From Candidatus Micrarchaeota archaeon (GTDB taxonomy: Archaea; B1Sed10-29): a stretch of DNA of 64,000 nucleotides. The DNA lies in the NCBI GenBank assembly GCA_964579265.1, contig CAZOFO010000001.1, positions 49,854-113,853 of the forward strand, given 5' to 3'. Each line of letters starts with the position of its first letter. Position 1 is the stretch's first letter. The notes beneath the pieces are model-generated. The model ran no database searches and was not told where the DNA came from. It was given only the letters and a program-made list of their open reading frames with translations. The position numbers were made by a program, and so were the translations under genes. Positions 54,128-64,000 of the stretch are shown here, piece after piece.

Positions 54128-55741
54128 GTGTCAAATGATATGAAAGGATATATAGATAAAGAATTCATCAAAGAAGGAGAGATCGAGGATAGAGAGTACC
54201 AAAAAAACCTCGCTGAATCAGTAGTGGAAAATGGATCTTCTCTAATAGTAGCTCCAACTGCTTTAGGTAAGACGATAGTAGCTGCCCTTGTAATAGCTGA
54301 AAGACTTAAAGAGAACCCCAATGAGAAAATAGTATTTTTAGCACCCACTAAGCCTCTAGCGGAACAACATAAAGAAACCTTAGAAAGAGTAATGGATTTA
54401 GATAAAGATAAATTCATCACTCTTACAGGGAAAATCAAACCAAACCAGAGATACAAAGAGTGGAAAGAAAAACAGATTATAACAGCCACTCCTCAGACTA
54501 CTAGAAACGATATACTTGAAGAAAAAGTTCCTTTAGAAGATATATCTCTAATGATATTCGATGAATCCCATAGAGCGGTTAAAGACTACGCCTACGTGTT
54601 AGTCTCAGACGAATACCAAAATAATAGAGAAAATCCTTTTATCCTAGCTCTTACAGCCTCACCAGGATCCAAGAAAAGTAAGATAGAAAGAGTATGTAGA
54701 AACCTAGGAATAGAAAATATAGAGATAAGGACTAAAGACGACGAAGATGTAAAACCCTATGTCCAAGACAAGGAATTCAACTGGATAAAAGTAGAATTTC
54801 CTGATGAACTCAAAGAAATTAAAAAAATACTTCAAAACTACATGGGAAAACTCTACTCCGAGATGAAAGAATACGGATTCATAAACAGCTACAATGTGAA
54901 CAAAACCAGAAAGAAAAAGCTTTTAAACCTTAGAAAAAAACTCATGAACATGGATAACAAAGGACACAAAACCTATAAAGCACTCAGCAATGTCGCTGGC
55001 TTAATGAAAGTTCACCACGCGATAGAACTACTGGAAACCCAGGGAGTAGATTCAACCTTCAACTACTTGAAAAAAATAAAGAACAAGAGCAAAAAAGAAA
55101 AAACAAAAGCAGGAGAAAGACTCATAAAAGATCCAAAAATACAAAGAGCAATAGTAAAACTACAGGAACTAAGAGAAAAAGGAAAAGAACACCCAAAACT
55201 ACCTAAAACAATAGAAAAAACCAAAGAAAAGATAAAAGAAGACAAAAAAGTATTAATATTTACTCAGTATAGAGGAACAGTGGAAAAATTAGTCAAAGAA
55301 TTGAGAAAAGAAAACATAGAAGCACAGAAATTCATAGGACAGACCAACAAAAAGAACGATGAAGGAATGAGTCAAAAACAACAGAAAAAAACTTTGGAAG
55401 AATTCAGAAAAAAAGAAAAAGCAGTATTAGTAGCAACGCAAATAGCGGAAGAAGGTCTTGATATCCCGTCAATGGACACCGTGATATTCTACGAACCAAT
55501 ACCTTCCGAGATAAGGCACATACAGAGAAAAGGAAGAGCAGGAAGAAGAAAAAAAGGAGAAGTAATCATAATGATAACCAAGAATACTAGAGACGAAGCT
55601 TATTACTGGTCCAGCAAAAATAAAGAAAAGAAAATGAAGAAAATGCTTAAAAACTGGAGAGATAATAATAAAGACCCTAAATCAAAACACGATCCGGATA
55701 TAAATGAAAAGCAGAAAAAACTATCACAGTACGATAACTAA
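54128..55741 (+). CDS. hef: Hef/FANCM-like SF2 helicase (helicase part only)
   Basis: REYQ, APTALGKT, LAPTKPLAEQH, DESH, LTASPG, EEGLDIP, IQRKGRAGR, TRDEAYYW. Confidence 0.93.
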   Translation: MSNDMKGYIDKEFIKEGEIEDREYQKNLAESVVENGSSLIVAPTALGKTIVAALVIAERLKENPNEKIVFLAPTKPLAEQHKETLERVMDLDKDKFITLTGKIKPNQRYKEWKEKQIITATPQTTRNDILEEKVPLEDISLMIFDESHRAVKDYAYVLVSDEYQNNRENPFILALTASPGSKKSKIERVCRNLGIENIEIRTKDDEDVKPYVQDKEFNWIKVEFPDELKEIKKILQNYMGKLYSEMKEYGFINSYNVNKTRKKKLLNLRKKLMNMDNKGHKTYKALSNVAGLMKVHHAIELLETQGVDSTFNYLKKIKNKSKKEKTKAGERLIKDPKIQRAIVKLQELREKGKEHPKLPKTIEKTKEKIKEDKKVLIFTQYRGTVEKLVKELRKENIEAQKFIGQTNKKNDEGMSQKQQKKTLEEFRKKEKAVLVATQIAEEGLDIPSMDTVIFYEPIPSEIRHIQRKGRAGRRKKGEVIIMITKNTRDEAYYWSSKNKEKKMKKMLKNWRDNNKDPKSKHDPDINEKQKKLSQYDN

Positions 55742-55759
55742 AAAAGTAGGAAAGATAAA

Positions 55760-56449
55760 ATGCAGGAAAAACTACAAACAGAAAATTTAAAAGATAGAGA
55801 AAATCCCTTAATCTATGTAGATCAAAGAGAATTCAGCTCAGGCATAGATAAAAAACTGGAAGAACTCAACGCAGAGGTAAGAAAAAAACAACTAGAAGTA
55901 GGGGACTACGTAGCTTCAAATAGAACTGCAATTGAAAGAAAAACCAAAAAAGACTTCATAAATTCAATAATAGACAAAAGATTATTCGAACAAGCAGAAA
56001 ACCTTAAGAAAAGCTTTACTCATCCTATAATCATAATAGAAGGAAATAATAATCATCTTAAGAACAGAAGAATACATCCCAACGCACTTAGAGGAGCACT
56101 AGCCTCTATCGCACTAGAATACGAAATACCTATACTTCACACTGATAACAAAAACGAAACTGCTTCTTTAATATACAGAATAGCTTACAGAGAACAGATA
56201 AAGGAAAAAAGAAACGTCAGAGTAAAAGGGAAAAAGACACCAAAAATGATTCCGGAGCAACAACTCAACCTCGTACAGTCAATCCCAGGTATAGGTCCGG
56301 AACTAGCTGAATCTCTACTAGAAGAATTCAAGACAATAGAAGAAATTGTAAAAGCTAGCAAAACACAACTGAAAAAAGTAGAGGGAGTAGGGGAAAAGAA
56401 AGCAAAAGAGATAAGAAAATTATTGACTGAAGAGTGGAAAGATCAGTAA
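55760..56449 (+). CDS. ERCC4/XPF nuclease with HhH tail (separate Hef nuclease part)
   Basis: VDQRE, LEVGDY, ERKTKKDF, IIEG, HhH motifs IPGIG and VEGVG. Confidence 0.93.
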   Translation: MQEKLQTENLKDRENPLIYVDQREFSSGIDKKLEELNAEVRKKQLEVGDYVASNRTAIERKTKKDFINSIIDKRLFEQAENLKKSFTHPIIIIEGNNNHLKNRRIHPNALRGALASIALEYEIPILHTDNKNETASLIYRIAYREQIKEKRNVRVKGKKTPKMIPEQQLNLVQSIPGIGPELAESLLEEFKTIEEIVKASKTQLKKVEGVGEKKAKEIRKLLTEEWKDQ

Positions 56450-56463
56450 AAGAAAGTTTTGCA

Positions 56464-56545
56464 CGCCGGGGAAGGGATTCGAACCCTTGAGGCCGTGAGG
56501 CCACCGGTCCTCGAAACCGGCGCATTTCCGCTCTGCCACCCCGGC
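56464..56545 (-). tRNA. tRNA-Ser(CGA)
   Basis: Minus strand: acceptor GCCGGGG/CCCCGGC, anticodon arm CCGGT-TTCGAGG-ACCGG, long variable arm, G discriminator. Confidence 0.96.
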
Positions 56546-56566
56546 CTATATCTATTTTAATTATCT

Positions 56567-57061
56567 TCATATAAATTTTAGATAATTAGCAATCATAAAA
56601 GCAAATACGAGGGGGATTCCATATTTTTCTACTATTCCGCCTGTTTTAATAGGTCCTTTGAGGTGTATTCCTCCTTCTTTTCCCAGCCATCTAATACCTT
56701 GAGGGTTCATGGAGTCTATTAAGAGATGGCTGAAGTAACCTATTATTGCTCCCATCAGGATAGGAGAGAATACTGCTCTGCCAAGATAATTCAAAAATGT
56801 AGCTATTATTACTACCCAGGCTACCAAACCGTATACAGTATGAGTTATCCCTCTATGGCTGGTTGCTGAGGATATACCTGTAGATATCATCTTGTTGAAG
56901 GCATTCCAATCACTTATAAAGCTTTTTGGATGATCTATATCTGGTATAAGGCTAGATATAGCTGTTACTATTATCCCTGCAGCTGTTATTGGAGTGCCTA
57001 TAATAGGGCTTAGTATTAGGAATAGTCCTGTTCCTATCATGAGATGCGATGCATGTAACAT
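56567..57061 (-). CDS. YdjM-like membrane metal-dependent hydrolase
   Basis: SH, SLIPDIDHP, HRGITHT, SHLLID..NPQG. Confidence 0.92.
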   Translation of the reverse strand: MLHASHLMIGTGLFLILSPIIGTPITAAGIIVTAISSLIPDIDHPKSFISDWNAFNKMISTGISSATSHRGITHTVYGLVAWVVIIATFLNYLGRAVFSPILMGAIIGYFSHLLIDSMNPQGIRWLGKEGGIHLKGPIKTGGIVEKYGIPLVFAFMIANYLKFI

Positions 57062-57104
57062 GCTTAGATAAAACTATCTCTAGATTTATAAATGGTTTGT
57101 TTTT

Positions 57105-57773
57105 TCAGCTTCTCTTTATAGACTGTATCATGTGTCCTAGTCCGCTCAGTATAAAGGCTCCTCCGACCCAGTACTGTATCAAGGCCGGGTACATTATGAC
57201 CAATATCCCTGTGGACACGAGTATTAGGCCTATGAAGGCTGCGGTGATTTTCTTGGTCTTCGACATTTTATTTTCCACCTCATTTAACACATTTATCATC
57301 CCTAGTAGATTCCAGGGACCGTGATCAAGATTGTGTTTCTTCGCGAATTTCTTGATCTCTGAACTGACTTCTTTCCAGAAATCTGCGAAGAATATGAAGT
57401 TGAGCATTAACAGAGCTATTATCATAACTATTGTGTAAGTTATCCCTGCCCAGTAATCTGCGAAGTGAGTCAATAGTAGTCCTATTTCATCGAAGAATAT
57501 TCCAAGACCTGCACCGTATAGTATTGCGGATATTCTTTCTAGTTTTCTGTTTTTGTGAACTATTGAGATCCATCCTGCGATTATTATTAGTGCGAGGCCG
57601 TAGTAGAAGTGGTGTATCATGTATGTTTCGAATGGGAATAAGTCTCTACCCGTCCATCCTGGCACTAAAAAGAATACGTATAGTCTGGCGATTAGAAAGG
57701 AGATTAGAAAAGATATGAATATTAGAAAAGGCATCTCCTTATTTTTTTTCTTTAGAAAGTTTTTTATAGGCAT
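57105..57773 (-). CDS. Integral membrane protein with IHH.YYG and G.GIFFDE motifs
   Basis: Multiple TMs; conserved-looking His/Asp/Glu motifs; function unknown. Confidence 0.75.
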   Translation of the reverse strand: MPIKNFLKKKNKEMPFLIFISFLISFLIARLYVFFLVPGWTGRDLFPFETYMIHHFYYGLALIIIAGWISIVHKNRKLERISAILYGAGLGIFFDEIGLLLTHFADYWAGITYTIVMIIALLMLNFIFFADFWKEVSSEIKKFAKKHNLDHGPWNLLGMINVLNEVENKMSKTKKITAAFIGLILVSTGILVIMYPALIQYWVGGAFILSGLGHMIQSIKRS

Positions 57774-57830
57774 TTTTTATCCTTTTTTATTGTTTTTTCT
57801 GAGTTTCTTTCAAGGTATTAAATCTATTTT

Positions 57831-58757
57831 TTATATTAAAATAGTTGATATTAAGAATCCAAGTACGGCTCCTGCTGTTACTGGTGGTAGTGCTGGTATT
57901 GCTATTCCTGGTCTCTTTAATAGATAGCTGAATAGCAGCACTAGTGCTATTAGTGATCCTATTGCTGCTGCTAGAGCTTGTATTGGACCTATTCTAAGTA
58001 GTGATACTGTGAATACTAGAGGTATTGCTAGATCTCCTCCTCCTAACTGAAATGTTTTGCTGTATTTCCTTAATCCTTTTTTATTTTCATTTTTTGTTTT
58101 AGATTTTTCTTTATTGGTTCTTGTTCTTTTTTTAGTTAGTTTCTCCACGTGTTTCTCTTTTCCTCTTGTTTGTGTTGGTAATGCTGCTGTGAAGGCTCTT
58201 GGTTTTTCTGTGATTGCTTTTGCCATGTACACCATGTGTTTTGTGTAGAATACTGAGATGAAGTCATATATTCCTAGTGCCAGCATGAATATTAGTACGG
58301 GTACTACTCCTAAGGATGCTCCTAAAACTGCTCCTGCTCCTGCCACTGCTATTGTGAGCGCTAGATTTTGAGTTAGGTGGGATCTTTTATGTAGGTGTAT
58401 TGCTGTGAGTCCTATTGCTAGTATTAGGCTGATTGGTATTATGATTCCCTGTATTCTTATTGCTGGTATTAAAAGATCAAATACTATTAATGATGCGAAG
58501 AATATTGCTAGTGCTTCAAATCCTGTTAGTATTTCTTTTTTGAATTTTATTACTAGTATCATGATTGCTGTTATGACCATTAAATATGCAAAAAGAAGTA
58601 TTGAGGACATTGGGCTTGCTGGGTCTCCTAATGCTGGTTCTACTTCTCCTATTGACATTAAATGTAGGTATCTGTAACCTGTTGCTATTCCTAAGATTTG
58701 TACGGTGACGAACATTATTATAAGAAGGACTATGACTTGTATTTTGTTTAGTTCCAT
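57831..58757 (-). CDS. Presenilin / signal-peptide-peptidase-like GxGD aspartyl intramembrane protease (A22)
   Basis: YD (IYDFISV), LGGGD, PALP. Confidence 0.95.
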   Translation of the reverse strand: MELNKIQVIVLLIIMFVTVQILGIATGYRYLHLMSIGEVEPALGDPASPMSSILLFAYLMVITAIMILVIKFKKEILTGFEALAIFFASLIVFDLLIPAIRIQGIIIPISLILAIGLTAIHLHKRSHLTQNLALTIAVAGAGAVLGASLGVVPVLIFMLALGIYDFISVFYTKHMVYMAKAITEKPRAFTAALPTQTRGKEKHVEKLTKKRTRTNKEKSKTKNENKKGLRKYSKTFQLGGGDLAIPLVFTVSLLRIGPIQALAAAIGSLIALVLLFSYLLKRPGIAIPALPPVTAGAVLGFLISTILI

Positions 58758-58784
58758 TTTTTACCTCTTATTCAGGAGATTTGG

Positions 58785-60920
58785 TTATGCAGGTTTGTAT
58801 ACGTTGTGTGCTGGGGTGTAGACATCTCCGTTTTTCTTGAGTTTTTTAAGAACGTCTGTTAATTCTTCTTCATCTATTCCTTCTTCTTTTGCTCTGTCTT
58901 TTATCGCGTCGTAGGGTGCTTCATCGTATTCTTTGTTTATTTTTTTTACTATCTTCAGGATTTTCTTCATTTTGTCCATTTGGCTTTTGCTTGATCCTGT
59001 TGCTATTATGTCTATGTCGAATTGTCCGGTTTCCGGATCCATTCCTATTTTTCTTAACCATGTTTTTTGTAGTCTTATTGCTCTTTCAGCGTCTTCTAGT
59101 TGTACTTTTTCCGATAGTCTTCCTTTTGCGCTTGCTTCTGCTAATCTTATTACTGCTTCAAGTTGTCTTGCTGTTATTGGTACTGCTTCTTGTTGTTCTC
59201 CTATTTTTCTCATTTCTATGTAGAATTCTTGTATTCTTTCTTTTGCTTCGTCTGTTAGTATTGGGTGTATATTTTTTCTGGCGTATGCTATGTATTTTCT
59301 AAGGAGTTCCGGATCTACGTCGGGTGTTACTTCTTTTGTTTCTTCTTCTATGTTTAATTCTCTTTCTTTTATTCTTTCTCCCGCTGCTCTATGGGTTTTT
59401 AGTATGTGGTCCGCCATTTTTTTGTCATCGTCTTCTTTTGGTTCGTCTCTTATTGGGAACATTATGTCGAATCGGCTCATTAGTGTTGATGAAAGAGCGA
59501 ATTGTTCTGCTGGTAGTTCGTGTGGGTCGAATCTTCCGTATTTTGGGTTTGCTGCTGCTAGTATTGATGCATTTGCTTTGAATGTGCTGACCATACCTGC
59601 TTTTGCTACTCTTATTTTTTGAGATTCCATTGCTTGGTGTAGGCTTGCTCTGTCTTCTTTTCCTATTTTGTCAAGTTCGTCTACTAGTGCCATTCCTCCT
59701 GCTGCTAGAACTAGGGCTCCTGCTTTGAGTGTCCATCCTTCGTCTCCAAATTCGTCTTTTTCGGCTGATGCTGATAGTCCTGCTGATGTTGATGATTCTC
59801 CTCCTACGTATATTCCTTTTGGAGTTAGTTTCTCCACGTATTGTAATAATTGTGATTTAGCTGTTCCTGGGTCTCCTATTAGAAGTATGTGTATGTCTGA
59901 TCTCATGGTCATTCCGTCTGGTTTTCTCTTTCCTTTTGTCCCTCCGAATAGTTGTAGTGTTATAGCTTCTTTTATGTCTTCATATCCCCATATACTTGGT
60001 GCTATGGAGTTCACTATTTTTTCGTAGACTAATGGGTCGTTTGATAGTTCTTTTATTCTTTCTTCGTCTTCTTGTGTTAGTTTTAGTTCCTCAAACTCTG
60101 TTTCTTTTTTATCTATGTAGTTTACATCTACGTATTTGTTGTATATGCTTCTTTTTTTCTTTGGTTTGTTCAGTCTTAGTATTCCTGTTGCTTCTATGTT
60201 GTCTCCTGGCTGTATTTTATTTGTGAGGTCTTCTTGTATCCATCCGGATATTGGGCTTGGTTGTTCTCTTCCTCTTGTTCTTTCTAGTTTTTCCTGTATC
60301 TCTAGTTTTTGAGTGTCAACGAATTCTGATTCTTCTTCTAGTAATTTGAAGCTTTTTCTTCCACATTGACATTTATCAGGTGTCTTTATCCTGTTGTCAC
60401 GGTAGTTCTGTTTTACTTGGTGGATCTGTTCGCAGTGTACGCATTGGAATACTCCTTTGGTTATTTTTGGTTTTACTTCGGTAATTTTCTTGACTACTCC
60501 TTCGAATGAGATCATTCTGTTGATTTGTTTCGAACTCAGTGTCTTTATTAAGTGTTCGTATTCGTCTGGTAGGTTTTTAAATCTTACATTGGGTTCGAAT
60601 TCGTGTATATCGGTTCCTATAAATGGTTCTTGAGATTTCAATGCTTCTTCAAATTCTTCTATTATTCTATATGGGTCTTTTATTAGAATTTCTGCTATTT
60701 CAGGGTCATATGCATCTAGATCTAGGTAATCTATTATTAATGATTTTTCTTCAGGGTATTTTGTACCTAGTTCTTCTATTTGGTGGAAGTATTCGTCTTT
60801 TAGGAATTCTTCTATTCTTTCTTGGTATTTACTTGTTATTTCGGTTGGTTGGGTTTCTTTATTTGATTCTTCTTTAGCTGGGCTTATTCTTTCGGTTTCT
60901 GTTGTTGTTTTAGCAGGCAT
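58785..60920 (-). CDS. mcm: Replicative helicase MCM
   Basis: Zn finger CVHC..CQC, IAPSIWG, GDPGTAKSQ, VDELDK, AAANPKYGRF, SRFD, TARQLE, C-terminal wH; no intein. Confidence 0.98.
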   Translation of the reverse strand: MPAKTTTETERISPAKEESNKETQPTEITSKYQERIEEFLKDEYFHQIEELGTKYPEEKSLIIDYLDLDAYDPEIAEILIKDPYRIIEEFEEALKSQEPFIGTDIHEFEPNVRFKNLPDEYEHLIKTLSSKQINRMISFEGVVKKITEVKPKITKGVFQCVHCEQIHQVKQNYRDNRIKTPDKCQCGRKSFKLLEEESEFVDTQKLEIQEKLERTRGREQPSPISGWIQEDLTNKIQPGDNIEATGILRLNKPKKKRSIYNKYVDVNYIDKKETEFEELKLTQEDEERIKELSNDPLVYEKIVNSIAPSIWGYEDIKEAITLQLFGGTKGKRKPDGMTMRSDIHILLIGDPGTAKSQLLQYVEKLTPKGIYVGGESSTSAGLSASAEKDEFGDEGWTLKAGALVLAAGGMALVDELDKIGKEDRASLHQAMESQKIRVAKAGMVSTFKANASILAAANPKYGRFDPHELPAEQFALSSTLMSRFDIMFPIRDEPKEDDDKKMADHILKTHRAAGERIKERELNIEEETKEVTPDVDPELLRKYIAYARKNIHPILTDEAKERIQEFYIEMRKIGEQQEAVPITARQLEAVIRLAEASAKGRLSEKVQLEDAERAIRLQKTWLRKIGMDPETGQFDIDIIATGSSKSQMDKMKKILKIVKKINKEYDEAPYDAIKDRAKEEGIDEEELTDVLKKLKKNGDVYTPAHNVYKPA

Positions 60921-61058
60921 TTTGATCTCTTTTTTATTTTTTTATTTAAAGGAGTGGGGTATTTTTTGTTTTTTTCTGGGTTTAGTATTATTGTTTTCGA
61001 GATAATTAAATTAAAGGGGTTAAAAGATTTTTACATAAAGGTTTGTCTTTGTATTCTT

Positions 61059-61907
61059 TTATCCTAGTACTTTTGCTTTTAAAAACATTAAGAATATTAT
61101 TATGGCTATTCCTACTATTAAGAATGTTTTTATTCCTGGCAGGATCTGTGTATCTACTTCTATTTCTTTGTATTGTGTTATATGGTGTTTTTCTCCATCT
61201 TCATCGTGAAAACTAGCTTCTATTGGTAGTTCAGTTTTTCTCCCTGCGTCTTCTGATGCATGGAAGTCACAACTGGTTTCGAATGAGTCTCCTGGAGGCA
61301 TTTCGCTGTAGCTTCTGCTGCATTCTTCTTTTGAATTTATGTAGGTTAGTTCTTGGAACTTTGCTTCTACTTCTACATCTGTTAGTGTTTGTTGTTTTAC
61401 GTTGGTTAGTTTCAGTGTCAGTGTATTTTCTTCTCCTGGCGCTATACTTTCCTTTTCCAGCGTGGTTTCGAGTTTTAGAGGTGTTTCTTTTACTTCTATT
61501 GTTACTGGTTCTAGTTTCATTGTTCCTCCTGTGTAGAACATTTGTCCTTGTACTTCGTGTTTTCCTATTTGTGTTTCTCTCCTGGTTTCTATTTTTATCT
61601 CTCTTCTGAAGGATTCTCCAGGTCTAATGTCTCCTGTTTCTATTTTTTGATCTATTTGAAGGGGCTCTGATTCTATTTCGATTCTGGGATTCTCTAAGGT
61701 AGTGCTTCTGAGGTTATCTATCTTTATCCTGATTTCTGTTTCCCCTCCTCTATAGATCTCTTCTTCTCCTATTACGTTCATTTCTCCAATTATGTTTGAT
61801 TGTCCTATGCTGAATGTTATTGTAAGCACTAGGGCTGTTAAAATAATCTTTTTACTTAGTCTAGGTTTATCTCCACATTTCGTCCATTTCATTTGTTTCT
61901 TCTTCAT
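61059..61907 (-). CDS. Surface protein with two Ig-like (CARDB/COG1361-like) domains and a C-terminal TM
   Basis: Signal-like helix, IRPGES and MPPGDS repeats, C-terminal anchor. Confidence 0.75.
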   Translation of the reverse strand: MKKKQMKWTKCGDKPRLSKKIILTALVLTITFSIGQSNIIGEMNVIGEEEIYRGGETEIRIKIDNLRSTTLENPRIEIESEPLQIDQKIETGDIRPGESFRREIKIETRRETQIGKHEVQGQMFYTGGTMKLEPVTIEVKETPLKLETTLEKESIAPGEENTLTLKLTNVKQQTLTDVEVEAKFQELTYINSKEECSRSYSEMPPGDSFETSCDFHASEDAGRKTELPIEASFHDEDGEKHHITQYKEIEVDTQILPGIKTFLIVGIAIIIFLMFLKAKVLG

Positions 61908-63291
61908 TTTCTTCCTCGCTTTTTAATTTTCCTCGATATCTGTATAAGGTTAATATTATGATTATGGCTGCTAGGCTTCCCACTAGTGTCCAGTTTATCT
62001 CTGCTGTTTCTTCTATTGGTTCGCATGGTTCCCATAATCCGTCTTCTCCACACTGTTGTATTCCGTCTTCTCCATCTATGGTGCATTCTCTTGTTTCTCC
62101 TGGTTCACATTCTGGGTCGTATCCTTCTATTACTTGTTTCATTTCTTCTATGTTATTTTCTATTTCTGTATATTTATTTTCTGCTTCTCTGCATTCATCC
62201 ATGTTTATTTCTTCTATGTCTTTTTCTGGCTCGCATTTTTCTATTGATTCTTTTATTATTTCTATTGTATCTTCTTCTATCAATTCAAATTCTTCCTCTT
62301 TTAAGTAGGCTTCAGGAACTTCCTCTATTCCTTTTTGAGATATGTTTTCTAGTTCTTGGGAGTATTCTTCTAGTTGGTATATTATCTCGTTTCTTTCTTT
62401 TTCTTCTTCGGATATTTCTAATCTTGATCCCAGTCTTGATTGGTAGCTTTGAACTTCTTCTTCGATTATATCTTTGAATAGATTATTTATCTGTCTTTCG
62501 TTCTCGTCTAGGGTACTTTCCATTCCTGTATAATCTATCTTTAAATCTGCGGCTGTTTGTAGCATATCATATGCTCTGTCTCCTATCTCTTCCACTCCTA
62601 TCTTCTCTATGTCACTCTCTAAGTCCCATGCTTTATCTTCTATTTCTCTTCCTATTTCTATTAAATCTCTTTGTATTTGAAATACTGAGTTAATCTCGCT
62701 TTCCATCTCTACTTTATTTTCGGGTGTAGTTATTTCTTCTGATTTGGCTTTTGTAGTTATTGTTTGTGTTCTTAGTTCCTCTGCTTTTTCTTCTCCTTTT
62801 TGAAGTTTTTCTCTGAGAGGTTCTATTGTAGGGGGTGTTACATTTTCTTCTAGGAGTTCTTGATGTGATCTTAGTGAGCTTTCTTCGTTTCCAAATGTGC
62901 TCTTTTTATCTTGAGCAAAATCTTGAGCTGATTCTAAGTAGTTCATTATTGAGTCGGTTGTTGCAAAGAAGTTGGCCAGGTAATGTGTTTCCATTATTTG
63001 TTCCCAATAGTTTTCTTCTGCTATTTCACCTGTTTCTTGGTGTATTGGAATCATGAACCTAATTGTTCCTAGTTCTCTTACTTCGAATGGCCAATATTCT
63101 TCTCCATCTACTTCTATTCTTTGCGATGGGCTTATGTCAATGGTTTCTCCTTCTGCTACTTCCACGTATGGCATTGCTTTTTCTGCTGCTTCTTCTTTGG
63201 TAAGGGTTGCATGGACTGGGTATGAGATAATTAGCATTAGTAGAGTTATTTTTGTTAGTGTGGTTAGATATTTTCTTTTCATCTTTATCAT
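61867..63291 (-). CDS. Acidic secreted coiled-coil protein with a Cys-rich module and C-terminal TM
   Basis: Signal peptide, long helical body, CEPGETREC..GIQQC..WEPC module, TM followed by basic residues. Confidence 0.8.
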   Translation of the reverse strand: MIKMKRKYLTTLTKITLLMLIISYPVHATLTKEEAAEKAMPYVEVAEGETIDISPSQRIEVDGEEYWPFEVRELGTIRFMIPIHQETGEIAEENYWEQIMETHYLANFFATTDSIMNYLESAQDFAQDKKSTFGNEESSLRSHQELLEENVTPPTIEPLREKLQKGEEKAEELRTQTITTKAKSEEITTPENKVEMESEINSVFQIQRDLIEIGREIEDKAWDLESDIEKIGVEEIGDRAYDMLQTAADLKIDYTGMESTLDENERQINNLFKDIIEEEVQSYQSRLGSRLEISEEEKERNEIIYQLEEYSQELENISQKGIEEVPEAYLKEEEFELIEEDTIEIIKESIEKCEPEKDIEEINMDECREAENKYTEIENNIEEMKQVIEGYDPECEPGETRECTIDGEDGIQQCGEDGLWEPCEPIEETAEINWTLVGSLAAIIIILTLYRYRGKLKSEEENEEETNEMDEMWR

Positions 63292-63322
63292 TCTTATTTA
63301 ATAGGAGGATATTTATATTTCT

Positions 63323-64000
63323 TTATGTGGTTTTATCCTTCCATTTCTTTAACTCTTTGTACGCTTCTTTTGATTTCTCGGTTTTTGGTCCTCCTCCTTT
63401 TATCTCGGTTTCTGATCCTCCTGCTGAGCCTCCCATTATCTTTGATCCTTTCTCCACCGGTTTCTTTATATCGGTTTCGCATTTTTCTCCTTTTTTACCT
63501 AGTATCTTCCCTTCTGTAACTAGTATTATGTATTTATCTGGATTTTGTTTGATTTCTTTATCAGCTATCTCTTGAAGTAGCTTCATGTCTGCATCTTCTA
63601 TGTATCTGATTCTTTCCGATTTCTTCTGTGTTCCTCCTTGTGCTATTTTCTTTCTGAGTTCTTGTATCTTTTTTTCTCTTTGTTTCCATTCTTTTTTCAT
63701 CTTTTTTACTTTTTCTACTACTTTGTTTTGGTCGGATTGAACTGCTTCAGCTATTTCGTCAAGTTTTCGTTCTTTTTCTTCAAGTAATTGTCTTAGTTTT
63801 TCTCCTGCTTTGTATTCCATTCTTATCACTCCGTCCTGTTTTTTTGAAACATTTGTTATTTTTATAGCTCCTACTTGTGATGTGTTGTCGCAGTGTGTTC
63901 CTCCGCAGGCTTCCACGTCCCAGTCCTTTATGTTTACTATTCTCACTTTGTTTCCGGGTACGTATCCTCCTTGGTATATTCTGAATCCGTGTTTTTCTTC
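63323..64000 (-). CDS. alaS: Alanyl-tRNA synthetase, C-terminal part (runs off the right edge)
   Basis: Frame open to base 64000 (EEKHGFRIYQGGYVPG..), editing motif EACGGTHC, QDGVIR, DHHA1-like GGSAGG. Confidence 0.95.
   Translation of the reverse strand, partial: EEKHGFRIYQGGYVPGNKVRIVNIKDWDVEACGGTHCDNTSQVGAIKITNVSKKQDGVIRMEYKAGEKLRQLLEEKERKLDEIAEAVQSDQNKVVEKVKKMKKEWKQREKKIQELRKKIAQGGTQKKSERIRYIEDADMKLLQEIADKEIKQNPDKYIILVTEGKILGKKGEKCETDIKKPVEKGSKIMGGSAGGSETEIKGGGPKTEKSKEAYKELKKWKDKTT

Noticed and set aside
60921..61058. Replication origin next to mcm
   Set aside because: Short spacer, no ORB-like repeats, no cdc6/orc1 adjacent
1748..63575. Many Phe/Leu/Ser-rich ORFs antisense to real genes
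   Set aside because: Artefacts of A-rich coding strands, whose complements are poor in stop codons; no motifs or SD support

Overview
A 64-kb, AT-rich chromosomal segment from an archaeon. It carries archaeal histone, MCM, FEN1, Rpo4, L21e, aMBF1, a BHB-type tRNA intron and TATA/BRE promoters. The compact gene content and an unlinked 5S rRNA suggest a DPANN-type lineage (inference only). Most of the window is housekeeping: six tRNAs (Val-CAC, Glu-CTC with a 47-nt intron, Pro-TGG, Leu-TAA, Ser-GCT, Ser-CGA), 5S rRNA, SRP RNA, a box C/D-like sRNA, Trk K+ uptake, a type IV pilus (Tad-like) locus, uppS, a geranylgeranyl reductase, ftsZ, several membrane proteases, an E1/SAMP pair, a cation-chloride cotransporter, AmmeMemoRadiSam genes, the rpl21e-rpoF-DUF655-rsmA cluster, a split Hef, mcm and the 3' part of alaS. 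I saw no CRISPR array, transposase or integrase. The best candidates for undescribed biology are: (1) a NYN-RNase gene preceded by a GC-rich hairpin RNA with its own promoter and terminator (possible RNA-antitoxin/RNase pair); (2) a membrane-tethered winged-helix regulator divergent from a secreted helical protein, with a six-unit, 10-bp-phased TTnnGAA array between them; (3) a RaSEA-ArcS-like archaeosine fusion enzyme; (4) an SRP RNA that appears to lack helix 6 and has a UGGC helix-8 loop. All family calls come from motif recognition by eye; no searches were run.
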